64,000 bases of DNA from a virus (Duplodnaviria; Caudoviricetes): positions 37,978 through 101,977 of IMG/VR virus record IMGVR_UViG_2833005253_000001; one strand, given 5' to 3'. Position 1 is the stretch's first letter, and each line of letters begins with the position of its first letter. A model generated the notes under the pieces. It did no database searches. It had not been told where the DNA came from and saw only the letters and a program-made list of their open reading frames with translations. The position numbers and the translations under genes are program-made. Below, piece by piece: positions 1-11,333 of this stretch.

Positions 1-110
1 CTATCTGAAATGTATGCACCTAATATAATGAGTGCGGATAAAGTTGGATTTAAAATGCGTCAGAGTTTGGTCACTGATGGATATAAGGATTCTCCATTAA
101 CTGATATGAG

Positions 111-578
111 ATGGATTGCAATAGGATGGTAATCATGAATTCAGTAAACGAAGAAACTTATTATTTTGGTCAGAGAAAATTAGCCTGGTTCGCCGGTTCA
201 ATGAAAAAGGATTATATCGAAGCGGGTAGCTGGGATGATAAAGCCAAAGCAGTCCCCTACAGCGTTTATCGTGAATTTGCGCTTAATCCAGCCCCTATCG
301 GTAAAACGTTAGGGATCAGTGAAAAGGGTGACCCAATTTGGGTAGATATTCCGCCTAAAACAAAGCATCAATTAATCACAGAGGCTGAAGATAAAAAAAG
401 CGGGCTAATGCAGGGTGCAAGAGAGGTTATTTCCCCTTTGCAAGATGTGATTGATTTGGAGATGGCAACGCAAGAAGAGACGCAAAAATTGACAGCATGG
501 AAGCGATATCGAGTACTGCTTAATCGTCTCGATACCTCAAACGCGCCGGATATTGATTGGCCTAAGAAACCGGAATAA
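111..578 (+). CDS. Phage tail fibre assembly protein (Tfa family, APSE P37-like)
   Basis: C-terminus LQDVIDLEMATQEETQKLTAWKRYRVLLNRLDTSNAPDIDWPKKPE is typical of Tfa chaperones. Confidence 0.9.
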   Translation: MDCNRMVIMNSVNEETYYFGQRKLAWFAGSMKKDYIEAGSWDDKAKAVPYSVYREFALNPAPIGKTLGISEKGDPIWVDIPPKTKHQLITEAEDKKSGLMQGAREVISPLQDVIDLEMATQEETQKLTAWKRYRVLLNRLDTSNAPDIDWPKKPE

Positions 579-945
579 CTGCATCATAAAGATATTATCT
601 TAGTGATTGAGTGTGTTGTTAAGTGCGACTAACTTAGCCATAAAAATTTCTTGGTGGTTAAACGAATGGTTAGGGCGGTTTTGGATTAGTTAATCCAAAA
701 ATTGGAAATTCAACACAGAGCTAAAAGACTTAATGGTTGTTTAGCAAATTATTCTGTATAACTTGAAAAATAACTTTTTTAATGTGATTAGTACAAAGAC
801 GCTTAGCTATATTTATTTAGTGGGACGGATTTGGGACAAGTATCCGCAAGTATGATGGATTATCTGTACGTTTCTGAAAGCATCTTTTGACGTGAGAGCG
901 AGGAAAGATGGGGTATATCAATGAATTATAAGGTGAAGCTACTCA

Positions 946-990
946 CTTCTAAGCCGTAGGTCACTGGTTCGAATCCAGTAGGGCGTACCA
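946..990 (+). mobile_element. att core: 3' half of tRNA-Arg(TCT)
   Basis: CTTCTAA anticodon loop, GGTTCGAATCC T-loop and CCA end present; 5' half absent; arm-like repeats tgggac at 821-838; integrase immediately downstream. Confidence 0.88.
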
Positions 991-1021
991 ATAAAATCAA
1001 GGGGTTACGTAGTTTTGTCTC

Positions 1022-2168
1022 CTAGGAATTATTTAAAAGTGCCAGATTAGTGACATCGTTTGCCAACGCCTCGTCAATTTTCTTGGCATGCTCAGTCAGG
1101 TGGCTGGGCGAAAGGTGTGCGTAACGACGTACCATTTCGATAGATTCCCAGCCGCCCATTTCCTGCAAAACAGAGAGTGGAACACCTGATTGTATCAGCC
1201 AACTTGCCCAAGTATGTCTAAGATCATGAAAACGAAAATTTTCTATCCCCGCTTTTTTTAACCCCGTTTTCCAAGCTCTATTATCATCAACCCTGAATTT
1301 ACTCACAAGATCCTGCTTTTCTCCTTCACGGCCTTGGACTGTCTTCTTTCTCACAAAAACCCAACGAGAGTGTCTTCCAAGTTGCTCTCTCAGAACCCTA
1401 CAAGCCGTCTCATTAAGGGCAACTCCAATCGCTTTACCTGCCTTTGCTTGCTCCGGATGGATCCACGCCACTTTTCTTTCCATATCTATTTGCTGCCATT
1501 CTAAATGGATAATATTAGAACGACGTAACCCCGTGGCTAACGCAAAGATCACTATCGGCCTGAAATTTTTGATTTACCACTGAAATCAGTCGATTCGCTT
1601 CTTCACGAGATAACCAGCGGACACGCTTATCATTTGGTTTTCGTACTTTTAAATTCAGGGGCTTGGCTAACCATCCCCATTCATTGGCGGCAATACGCAT
1701 GAGACCTCGCATAAAAGACAGATATTGACTGCGAGTAGCGGGTGACACCGCCTTATCATTAAAATCAGGTACTTGATAACCTGTTTTTAAGGAGGCACGC
1801 TTTATTGAGACCCACCGTTGCTGATGTCTGCGATTTTTCATCTCTGAAATCACATGGGTGACTTCATCTTCTGTAATATTTGACAAGGACTTTTTTGAAA
1901 AATGCAATAAAAAAAATGCAATTTTGGTTTTATCATCATCCAATGATCGCTTATGTTGCTTTTCTTTAATCCATCTCACACAAGCTTCTTCAAATGTTTT
2001 TTGCGGAATTTCTCCGAGTTTATTTTCTCGCCAAGCATTCGATTTTAGTTTATCGTGCAACTCCTGTGCTTCCTTCTTGTCCGCTGTTCCAAGAGATTGC
2101 CTAATTCTTTGGCCGTCTGACGTAACGAAATCACAGTGCCAGATCCCGTACCGCATTTTGATTGACAT
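1022..2168 (-). pseudogene. int: Tyrosine integrase (P22/APSE-like), frameshifted near 1570
   Basis: Split ORFs 1515-2168 and 1022-1552; [16 protein letters not shown] and RRYAH motifs. Confidence 0.92.
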
Positions 2169-2395
2169 ACGAACTGCTCCTTTTGTCTGCCAACCGCATT
2201 CACATTTTCATTGTTGATCGTGCGGCGGATGGATTCAATACAATCTGTTTTTAAGAGGCGATATTCACCTCTTTTCCCATCGTGCCCAGTTCTATTGCAA
2301 GGCAGCCGTCCAGATTTAATCCATGTTTTGAGCGTATTTTCGCTGAGTTTCATAAATTGGCAGGCTTCTTTCAGGGTAAAAATTTCTTCATTCAT
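2045..2395 (-). CDS. Excisionase-like HTH protein
   Basis: FTLKEACQFMKLSENTLKTWIKSGRL MerR-like HTH upstream of int. Confidence 0.8.
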   Translation of the reverse strand: MNEEIFTLKEACQFMKLSENTLKTWIKSGRLPCNRTGHDGKRGEYRLLKTDCIESIRRTINNENVNAVGRQKEQFVCQSKCGTGSGTVISLRQTAKELGNLLEQRTRRKHRSCTIN

Positions 2396-2913
2396 TCTGT
2401 TTTCCTCTCAATTTGAGATTTAAATCCGGAGCCAAACGCCCTGAGATGTCTTTTTTTAGTGCATCCAATAACGCTTTCTGATTGATGTGTTTGTTCTCTA
2501 GAGCCTCAAGGACAGTGATATCTATAGAGTCATTCATGACGAGATGATGGATAAAAACAGGCCTGGTCTGGCCTTGGCGGTGAAGCCTTGCGTTAAATTG
2601 CTGATACAGTTCAAGCGACCAGTTCAAACCAAACCACACAATGATGTTGCCGCCAGATTGAAGATTGAGTCCATGCCCCGCACTGGCAGGATGCGCCAGG
2701 AGGAGAGGGATTTTTCCAGTATTCCAACGGTCAATCGTGTCAGCGGCATGGCCAATAAGTTCAGCCTTGGGGAATCTCACTTTGATTCGCGCTAAATCTG
2801 ATTGGTAGTTGTAGGCAACCAGCACAGGTTGGCCAGCCGCTTCTTGAATCATTTCTTCCAAGGCGTCCAGCTTGGTATCGTGAACTGTTTCAAAAGCGCC
2901 TTTATCGTCTGTA
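2388..2913 (-). pseudogene. SNF2-like phage helicase C-terminal fragment, truncated by IS630
   Basis: HPASAGHGLNLQ and QQFNARLHRQGQ helicase motifs; 5' part replaced by IS. Confidence 0.88.
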
Positions 2914-2915
2914 TA

Positions 2916-3818
2916 TAGCTGAACGAAATAATTTTGGTGACGTCATGTAATGAGAAAATAAAGCATCGATACTGCAATTGACCGCTCTTCTTTTGCTTTT
3001 TGCTTCTGCCCATTTATGCTCAACAGGATTGAGATCAGGCGAGTAAGGAGGCAGATATTCAATGATATGCCCCGCGTCATCGATCACTTTTTGAGTGTCC
3101 AAACGTTTGTGGAAGGTCGCATTATCCATGACCACCACAGAGTCGGGTGGCAAACTCGGCAGAAGTATCTGAATGACCCAGGCGTGAAACACATCACTAT
3201 TCACAGAACACATGAACAATCCCACCGCCATCAGCGCTTTTCCCAGTAACGCCCCGATCACATTGGTTCGACCCTTTGCCTGCCCATTATGTTGACCGAA
3301 ACAGCGTTGACCCCGTGGGGCATAGCCATATCAACGCGGCATATCATGGGCAAAGCCGCTTTCATCCAGGTAAACGACTGATTTCCCCCGTTTTTCATAG
3401 TCAGCTATCTTGTTTTGGAAGGCTTGCCTCATATCTTCGTTCGCCTTGGGATGATTGAGGGTTTTTTTTATAGGTGACGCCCAAACGTTTCAGGGCGGAC
3501 CAAATGGCTTTGGTACACACCCCGAAACGTTTAGCCCTTTCATGCTGGTAAGCATCCGGGTAACGCTCAACATCCTTGAGTAAAGCCGCTTTATCTATTT
3601 TACGCTGCCGGGGGAAGAGGGGTTCTTTTCAATTCGCTTCAGCCAGCGGGTAATCGAAGTGGCACCGATGTGAAAGCGTTTTGCCGTTTCTCTTATGCTC
3701 CACTTTTCTTTTTCTCTTACATTCAGCACGTGACGGCGAAAATCAACTGAATGACTCATCTCTCTCCCTTTTGAAATCATTAAATTTATTTCGTAACCGA
3801 AATTATTTCGTTAAGCTA
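2916..3818 (-). mobile_element. IS630-family element (type A), degraded
   Basis: TIRs tagctgaacgaaataattt / aaattatttcgttaagcta flanked by TA; DNATFH and YLPPYSPDLNPVE motifs; A-run slippage site near 3462-3470. Confidence 0.93.
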
Positions 3819-3857
3819 TAACATAAACAAGTAAAATCAATCTAATGGATGATAAAA

Positions 3858-5002
3858 GTAACAGGTAACACCTAATTTTATTAATTTATATAAAAATTTA
3901 ACTAAAAAACTATATATATTTATATATAGTTTTTAAATGGGGGTGCTACCTACTTACTCCTGTTACCTTTTAATAAAAATATCATTATTATACATAGAGT
4001 TAGAAAAGATTCTGACAAGAGGGTGGTGCTACCCCTAGATGTGACCTTTGGAACTGATGGAGAATCCGCCTTATCCAGCGATGACTTTTCGTCAGATTGT
4101 TCGTGAAATGGGGAAGCTATCTGACTTTGACACTCATATTGAAGAAGGTCAGTTGACGAAATTGCGACAGCATCACGCGCAACAAATGACTATCAAAATC
4201 GAAGGCAAAAAAGAAAGACCTTGGGTTCTTATCGAAGGAAAAAAGCTTGATAACAAAAAAATAAGGGAATCTGTAAAGCAATGCGGAATCTAAAGGTGGC
4301 AGCTAAGTGGCACTTAAAAAGTACAGGTGCCACCGATATTTTTTATATTATATCAAATGTATATCTAGAAAAGGTGGCAGGTGGCACTTATTTTTTACTA
4401 ATGCGTAAGAAAAAAAATAATAAAAAATATTAAGTTGTATATATGTTTTTTATTAGTGCCACCTTACGAACTGTGCCACCCATCAAGCGGGAACACCGCA
4501 TAGCATAAGGCTTTTAAGGCTGTCTCTGCTAAAACTGATGGTGCCACCTAATTGCCTGTTTAAAATGTATCCATTTGATATTAAATAAAAATATTGATTG
4601 TGTTTCTGCTTTTTAATTGCCACCTTATTTTGGTGTGGGCGACGAAAATAGCAAGTCTGATCTGAATGTGTTTATTGGTGGAGTCAAAAAATATCAGTTC
4701 AACAAAGATCAGGGAGTCTATCAAAACATGTGGATAAAAAAGGTTGCAACAGGTTGCAGGTAAAAAGGCAAAGTGCAACCTCAAAAAATATATTAAATAC
4801 AATAATTTACTTTAAAAAGGTTGCAGGTTGCACCTGTTCTTATTAAATGGTAAGGGAATAAAATAATTTAGTCACCTGCTGTTTTATACTATTACTAAGT
4901 TTTAAAAATGGTGCAACCCTCCAACCGCTGCAACTTTTTTAGTTAAAGACTAATTAAAACAAAGCATTAACCAAAAATATTATTAAAAGCTTGGTGCAAC
5001 CC
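3858..5002. repeat. Three clusters of iteron-like direct/inverted repeats around AT-rich cores (putative replication origins)
   Basis: GGTAAC/GTTACC (3858-4033), GGTGGCA/TGCCACC (4294-4549), GGTTGCA/TGCAACC (4741-5002). Confidence 0.65.
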
Positions 5003-5083
5003 TTAAACCTGACAGACCAAAAAATACGCTGTGACGCATCGAATAACGCAACCTGAACCGGATGACGCAATGGAGAAAGCAGC

Positions 5084-5428
5084 ATGAATGTATTGCACGA
5101 AATCGCCGAAGTCATCGGCCCCGATATGGCGGTGAAGTTAGGGCAATTAATGGGCGGAGCACGTTTATACGTGCCCGCCAAGGTGGCAGAGGACCACCCG
5201 TTCAGCTTGATTCTTGGGGCCAGCACCGCACAGAAGCTGTGTGACTACTATTGCGGGGATGTGATAGAAGTCCCCTGTAAAAAAGTCTTTCGACAGGTGA
5301 GGAATGACATCATCAGCCGCGAATATCACAGCATGACACCTGAAAAAGAGAATCGGGCTAACATTCTCGCGTTAAAGTATGGCCTGACGTCTCGCCAGGT
5401 CCTGAATATCGCCAGAATGGCCGCTTAG
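5084..5428 (+). CDS. Mor/C-family transcriptional activator
   Basis: GGARLYVP, YCGDVIEVP and C-terminal HTH LALKYGLTSRQVLNI. Confidence 0.82.
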   Translation: MNVLHEIAEVIGPDMAVKLGQLMGGARLYVPAKVAEDHPFSLILGASTAQKLCDYYCGDVIEVPCKKVFRQVRNDIISREYHSMTPEKENRANILALKYGLTSRQVLNIARMAA

Positions 5429-5536
5429 TCACCGTTGGTGTGCTGGCGGCCATCAAGGCTTCGACTCTTGATATCGTTTCATCAGACGCCAAAAACCGTC
5501 AAAATGCTTCTTAACCTGTTCATTCCCCTCCCCATT

Positions 5537-5554
5537 AGGTGAAACATTTCATCT
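5537..5554 (+). promoter_or_regulatory. Dyad upstream of lysis genes, possible Mor/C activator site
   Basis: aggtgaaa-ca-tttcatct imperfect palindrome 65 bp before the endolysin. Confidence 0.35.
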
Positions 5555-5618
5555 GAACTTTGACAACGTTTATCCCCAAGCTACCGCGTTATCAGAAGAC
5601 CTGAAACGAGGTAACGTT

Positions 5619-6104
5619 ATGGCTTACAAATTAGGCCCCCGCTCACGCCAACGTCTGGAAGGGGTTCACCCTGACCTTGTGTGTGTGGTTGAACGGGCTA
5701 TCCAAATCACCCCTGTGGATTTTACTGTGCTGGAAGGCGTGCGAACAGTCGAACGCCAGAAAACCCTCTTGGCCAAGGGCGCTTCCAAAACAATGAATAG
5801 CCGCCACTTAACCGGTCACGCCGTTGACTTGGGGGCTTGTTTAGATGGCTCAGTTCGTTGGGATTGGCCGTTGTATTACCCGATAGCGGACGCGATGAAG
5901 CAAGCCGCGGAAGAACTCGGAATTCGTGTTTACTGGGGGGCGTGTTGGAGTTGCATTAACGATGAAGACAATGTAAGCGACGCAGTTATCGCGTACATAG
6001 AGCGTAAAAAAGCGGTGGGTAAAAAGCCATTCATGGATGGCCCACACTTCCAGCTTCCATGGTCAGACTTTCCCGACAATGCATGCCTGGAGGAGGCCTC
6101 ATAA
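5619..6104 (+). CDS. Endolysin, M15 family L-Ala-D-Glu peptidase
   Basis: EGVRTVERQ, SRHLTGHAVD and DGPHFQL motifs. Confidence 0.9.
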   Translation: MAYKLGPRSRQRLEGVHPDLVCVVERAIQITPVDFTVLEGVRTVERQKTLLAKGASKTMNSRHLTGHAVDLGACLDGSVRWDWPLYYPIADAMKQAAEELGIRVYWGACWSCINDEDNVSDAVIAYIERKKAVGKKPFMDGPHFQLPWSDFPDNACLEEAS

Positions 6105-6508
6105 TGGCGGTATGGCCTTTTTTATCCGGGCTGGTTCAGCCCGTCACACAGTTAATTGATGAAATGCACACCAGCGACGAAGAGCGCCTTCAAGTGAAAT
6201 CCAGGCTGTTTGAAATGCAAAGTGCTATGGCGGCACAGATGTTAAATTATGAAGCCCGTCTTGTTGAAACCAAGACAAAAGTCATCGCCGCTGAAGCACA
6301 GGGGGCAAGCTGGATGCAGCGCAATTGGAGACCCCTCACCATGTTGACTTTCCTGGGTCTGGTGGTGGCCGATACATTCGGCCTGACAGAATTCAGATTG
6401 GCACAGGAAGCATGGACATTGCTTCAAATTGGCCTGGGGGGGTATGTCGTGGGTCGCAGTGCTGAAAAAGTCATTCCTAAACTCACTGAACTCATGCGTA
6501 AGGACTAA
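6104..6508 (+). CDS. Holin (3TM/GTA-type)
   Basis: SWMQRNWRP and LGGYVVGRSAEK motifs; hydrophobic segments; follows endolysin. Confidence 0.8.
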   Translation: MAVWPFLSGLVQPVTQLIDEMHTSDEERLQVKSRLFEMQSAMAAQMLNYEARLVETKTKVIAAEAQGASWMQRNWRPLTMLTFLGLVVADTFGLTEFRLAQEAWTLLQIGLGGYVVGRSAEKVIPKLTELMRKD

Positions 6509-6668
6509 GTCATGATTGAAAAAGCCACCGTGGCAGCGGTCTGATGAGGGCAAGACGGCTGACCGATTCTATTGAGCAAAAACGGGGATTGGTCTGTACG
6601 GGGATTGCCGAAGAAAACACCCAGCGTTAGCCGCCTCCGTGAATGCGATATCAATAAAGGGTTATAGA

Positions 6669-6947
6669 ATGAATCCACCCAATGGCCGCCGCGAGTGGCA
6701 CTTAGATAAGACCGTGAGTATCGGCCACATCATCAGCACCCTGGTGATTGCCCTGTCTTTATTTTCATGGGCCTTAACGATAGATAAACGCGTTGAACAA
6801 AACGCGCAAAGCATCGAATTTCTCGCCCAAAACCATAAGCGTCTTGAAAACCATGTTGACTCAACCCGAAACGAAATCAGGCAAGACCTACGGGCCATCA
6901 ATGCCAAATTGGACAGATTGATTGAACGAAGAATGGACGGTCAGTGA
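6669..6947 (+). CDS. Small phage membrane/coiled-coil protein
   Basis: WHLDKTVSIGHII followed by a TM segment and coiled coil. Confidence 0.6.
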   Translation: MNPPNGRREWHLDKTVSIGHIISTLVIALSLFSWALTIDKRVEQNAQSIEFLAQNHKRLENHVDSTRNEIRQDLRAINAKLDRLIERRMDGQ

Positions 6948-7477
6948 TGGCTAACATCATTGACTGGCTGGGGGTAGAAACCGAGTACCGTGCCGGGTTG
7001 CAGTCGTTACGCAAAATGGCCACGGAGTTTGGTACCTCTGAGGGCACGATTCGCCGTAGAGCAAAGCAATACGGTTGGGTTCGTGACGGGAGCATGGTCA
7101 AGCGCGAACGCGTCAAAGCGCACTTTGCTGGTAAACCCGCCCCCGAAGTCGCCAACCAACCTCAAGCGGTGGTTAAAGCGATTGATGCGGCGGCCATTGA
7201 AGACATCAAGGACATGGGCACCGGTTTGGAGAATGCCCGGTTAGCGCTGGAAATCGCCAATAAGGCATTGAAAAGGTTGGCTGAAGAGAAACAGTACCTC
7301 CATTTAATCGTTCAGGATGCCCGGAACCTGAAAGTATTGACAGAAACCAACCGCCATAATGTGGAAGTGATCCGCCGTATTCGGGGACTGGATGACCCAG
7401 CAACAAATGACCGTATCCCCCTGTCTGAGGTGGATGACGTTATTATAGAGCGATATCTCCATGCACGTACCCAATAA
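6944..7477 (+). CDS. Probable terminase small subunit (N-terminal HTH)
   Basis: EYRAGLQSLRKMATEFGTSEGTIRRRAKQYGW; overlaps the terL start. Confidence 0.7.
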   Translation: MMANIIDWLGVETEYRAGLQSLRKMATEFGTSEGTIRRRAKQYGWVRDGSMVKRERVKAHFAGKPAPEVANQPQAVVKAIDAAAIEDIKDMGTGLENARLALEIANKALKRLAEEKQYLHLIVQDARNLKVLTETNRHNVEVIRRIRGLDDPATNDRIPLSEVDDVIIERYLHARTQ

Positions 7478-9804
7478 AGCCCAGTTCTATGAGGCGATGT
7501 TACGTGATGACCTCTCCAGCTTCATTCAACGCACCTTCGCCACAGTAGACCCCGGTGCTCAATATTTGCATATAGCTAAACGACATAAGAATAGTTACAT
7601 AATATGTTCTGAAAACAAGGTATTGATGTCGCATTGAAGTTCTCTTCTTTTTCTTTTAGCTTGAGCCCATGTGTGCTCAATAGGGTTGAACTCGGGCGAA
7701 TAAGGAGGCAAATATTCAATAGAATGACCGGCGTTGAGAATGGCGTGTTGAATATCTTTTCGCTTGTGGAAAGAAGCGTTATCCATCATCATCACGCACG
7801 GATGAGGAAGAGCGGGTAGGAGCAGCTGAGTGACCCAGGCATAAAAAACATCGCTGTTAATGGAGCAGTTAAAGAGGCCCACCGCGATGAGAGTGACCCC
7901 TAATAAGGCACCAATGACGTTAGTGCGGCCCTTAGCCTGCCAATCGTGAGTCCCAAAACAGCGTTGACCTCGTGTAGCGTATCCGTAGAGGCGGGGCATA
8001 TCGTGAGCAAAGCCGCTCTCATCGAGATAAACCAGAGATTTACCCTGCTTTTGATACCCCGCGATTTTTTCCTGGAACCCCTGTCGTGCCTCTTCGTTTG
8101 CCTTGGGATGACGCAGAGTTTTTTTTATAGGTCAGACCCCATCTTTTCAATGCTTGCCAGATGGCTTTGGGGCACACCCCGAAACGGGCCGCCCGTTCCC
8201 GTTGATAGCTATCTGGATACTCTGCCACATCTTTGATAAACGCCTCTTTATCCATCTTGCCTCGACGCGGACCCGAGGGTTTCGGTTCTATTCGCTTGAG
8301 CCAACGCCTGAGAGTATCTGTACCTACGTGAAAACGCTTCGCCGTTGCTCTGATGCTCAGTCCTTCTTTCTCTCGAATACTCAGGACTTTTTGACGAAAA
8401 TCCACTGAATAACTCATAGTGACCTCATGCTAATTAGTTCTTTATATTGTAACTAAAATTAAATCGCTTAGCTATAACTGGCACGTTGACCTGATAGCGG
8501 AATACCTGAAGGCCTGTACTGACCGTGACATAAAGCGGCTGATTATCAATATACCGCCGCGCTATCTGAAATCCATCGCCGTGTCTGTCGCCTGGCCCGC
8601 ATGGGTATTGGGTCATACGCCCAGTTCAAAGTTTTTAGCGTCCAGTTATTCAGATAAATTAGCCCTGAAACACAGTGTGGATTGTCGTTTAGTGGTTCAA
8701 AGCGCCTGGTACAGGCAAGTCTTCCCACAGATTCAACTGGTCAGGGACCAGAATGAAAAATCCAAGTTTGTCACCACGGCACGGGGGCACAGAATAGCCA
8801 CCAGTACCGGCGGCACCGCGACGGGTGAAGGGGGGGATTTTCTGATTGTGGACGATCCGCACAATCCACGACAAGCGGAAAGCCCAACAGAACGAGAAAA
8901 AGCGCTGGAATGGTTTGACCAGACTTTCTACAGCCGTTTAAACGACAAGAAAAACGGCGTCATTGTGGTCGTCATGCAGCGGCTTCATGAAAAAGACCTG
9001 TCTGGCCACTTACTCGCCCAAGGGGGCTGGGAACATGTCAAAATTCCGGCCATCGCAGACAGCAGGACGATGATTGACTTTGGCCGTATCCGTAAAACCC
9101 GAAGCCCGGGTGAACTTCTGCATCCAGAACGGGAAGGGAAACCTGAAATCGCCAAGACCCAGACAGCATTAGGCACTTATGGCTTCTCGGGTCAATACCA
9201 GCAGGAACCGGTCCCGGCTGAAGGGGGCATGATTAAAAAGCCGTGGGTCCATCGTTATAAAACACCCCCGGCTCACCCTGTCCGAATTGTTCAATCATGG
9301 GATACCGCCTACAAATCGGCCCAACTGAATGACCCGTCTGTGTGTACCACATGGGCAGAAACCAGACTGGCTTATTACTTGCTGGAGGTGTGGCGTGACC
9401 GGGTGGAATATCCGCGTTTAAAGTCGGCAGTAAAGAGCCTGGCTGAAAAATGGCACCCGAATGCGATTTTGATTGAGGACAAAGCCAGCGGTCAATCTTT
9501 GATTCAAGAACTCAAAGCAACGACCCCACTCCCCATCATTGCCATCACCCCTGAACAGGACAAGCTGACCCGCATGTCTGCCCAGTCTGCGAGATTTGAA
9601 GCGGGCAAGGTCTTTATTCCTGATTCGGCCCCCTGGTTACTGGATTTTGAGAAAGAGCTATTCACTTTCCCGCTGGCAGAGCATGACGACCAAATCGACA
9701 GCACCAGCCAATTCTTGGGCTGGGTGAGCAATCAGCAACAAAGTTACGCCTACAGCCCCGTCAAAGACGGCGGTCATCGCTTCAAACGTCAAGGAGCATG
9801 GTAG
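7461..9804 (+). pseudogene. terL: Terminase large subunit interrupted by IS630
   Basis: ATG 7461; YLH|NWHVD rejoined across the IS; INIPPRYLKS Walker A region, LIVDDPH, SWDTA, HDDQID. Confidence 0.9.
7573..8474 (-). mobile_element. IS630-family element (type B), 902 bp, TA duplication
   Basis: Ends tagctaaacga / tcgcttagcta; TA at 7571-72 and 8475-76; two ORFs joined by an A-run slippage site; DNASFH and YLPPYSPEFNPIE. Confidence 0.95.
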
Positions 9805-11222
9805 AGATGGTTCGAAAAAAGAAATCGCAGAAAAAGCAGGAGACCCAAAAACTCTCAGGTGAACTGGCGGGGCCTACCGCTGTTCGCAATCTATGGGGAA
9901 GCGGTTCGGTCGCCAGTGGCTTAACCCCGCAACGATTGGCCAATCTCTTGAAATCCGCAGCGGAAGGGGATACGGAGGCGTATTTGACCCTGGCTGAAGA
10001 AATGGAAGAACGTGACCCGCATTATTCCAGCGTGTTGCGTACCCGCAAGATGGCGGTGGCCAGTTTACCGGTCACCGTCGTTGCCGGGGGCGAAGACAGC
10101 CGGGCACAACAATGTGCACAAGACATTCACCGCCTGATGGAGGCCCCTGACTTTGGCGACCTGGTAGACAATGCCTTGGACGCCCTCGGTAAGGGCTATA
10201 GTGTCAATGAAATTATGTGGGATAGAACGGGTGTGAAGTGGAAGCCGAAAGCATACCGCTGGCGCGATCCGCGTTTCTTCCTGTTTCATCCTGAACATCC
10301 TGAAGACATGCGCATTGTGGACGAAGCCGACCCCATTCATGGCCTGTCGATGCCCCCTTATAAGTTTATTGTTCATCAACCCCGATTGAAATCAGGCTTG
10401 GCGCTTCGTGGGGGGTTAGCCCGACTGGTGGCCTTTTCCTATCTCTGCAAGATGTATGGCATGAAAGACTGGTTGGGATTCCTTGAGAGTTACGGTATTC
10501 CGCTCCGCTTAGGCAAATATGGCCCGTCAGCCAGTGAAGAAGATAAAAAAGTATTAAAAACGGCGGTGGCCAATATAGGCTCTGATGCGGCGGCCATCCT
10601 GCCTGATTCCATGGTGATTGAATTTCAGCAGGTCGCGCAGGCGTCCGGGGCCTCTGAAGTCTTTTCCCGTATGGTCGAATGGATTGACCAACAAATCTCC
10701 AAGGCCGTATTGGGTCAAACGGCGACCACGGAAGGCACGCCGGGGAAATTAGGCAATGAAGCCTCACAGGAAGCGGTTCGCCAAGACATTATTGCCGCAG
10801 ATGCCAGGCAACTGGCCAATACCCTCAACCGTGACCTGATCCGGCCCTATATTGATATTAATTATGGCCCTCAAGCCGTTTACCCGCGTGTCATGATCAC
10901 TCTCCCTGAAAAGGAAGATGTGACCGCATTAGCGGCGAATTTAGAAAAGCTGGTGCCATTAGGTCTGAAAGTCTCGGCATCAGAGGTAAGAACAAAGCTG
11001 GGGCTCTCAGAGCCGGCGAAAGAGGCGGATTTATTGAGTGTCTCTACAACCCCCGCTCAAGCCTCCGCAACAAACCGCGCACAGGGTAAAGGCTATTCCT
11101 GCTCTGCCTGTTCAAACAGGGCTATCAACAGAAGCCAGGCGGATGAAATAGATTTATTGGCATCGGAGATGTTGATGGATTGGGAACCCCAGATAACCCC
11201 CAGCGCACCTTTGCGACGGTAG
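9798..11222 (+). CDS. Portal protein DUF935 (Mu gp29-like), C-terminus probably truncated
   Basis: EEMEERDPH, FLESYGIPLRLGKY, ISKAVLGQT motifs. Confidence 0.88.
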   Translation: MVEMVRKKKSQKKQETQKLSGELAGPTAVRNLWGSGSVASGLTPQRLANLLKSAAEGDTEAYLTLAEEMEERDPHYSSVLRTRKMAVASLPVTVVAGGEDSRAQQCAQDIHRLMEAPDFGDLVDNALDALGKGYSVNEIMWDRTGVKWKPKAYRWRDPRFFLFHPEHPEDMRIVDEADPIHGLSMPPYKFIVHQPRLKSGLALRGGLARLVAFSYLCKMYGMKDWLGFLESYGIPLRLGKYGPSASEEDKKVLKTAVANIGSDAAAILPDSMVIEFQQVAQASGASEVFSRMVEWIDQQISKAVLGQTATTEGTPGKLGNEASQEAVRQDIIAADARQLANTLNRDLIRPYIDINYGPQAVYPRVMITLPEKEDVTALAANLEKLVPLGLKVSASEVRTKLGLSEPAKEADLLSVSTTPAQASATNRAQGKGYSCSACSNRAINRSQADEIDLLASEMLMDWEPQITPSAPLRR

Positions 11223-11333
11223 ACCCGGGGGCGGAATATTTGCATAACTGGCACGTTGGCCTTGTTCTGGCTTAATGAATTCAGCCAGTAAATTAATCCC
11301 GAAAGCGTTACTGAACAAAGGAAGTACAAGAAA

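Noticed and set aside
915-990. Complete tRNA-Arg gene
   Set aside because: There is no acceptor 5' strand or D-arm; only the att-duplicated 3' half is present.
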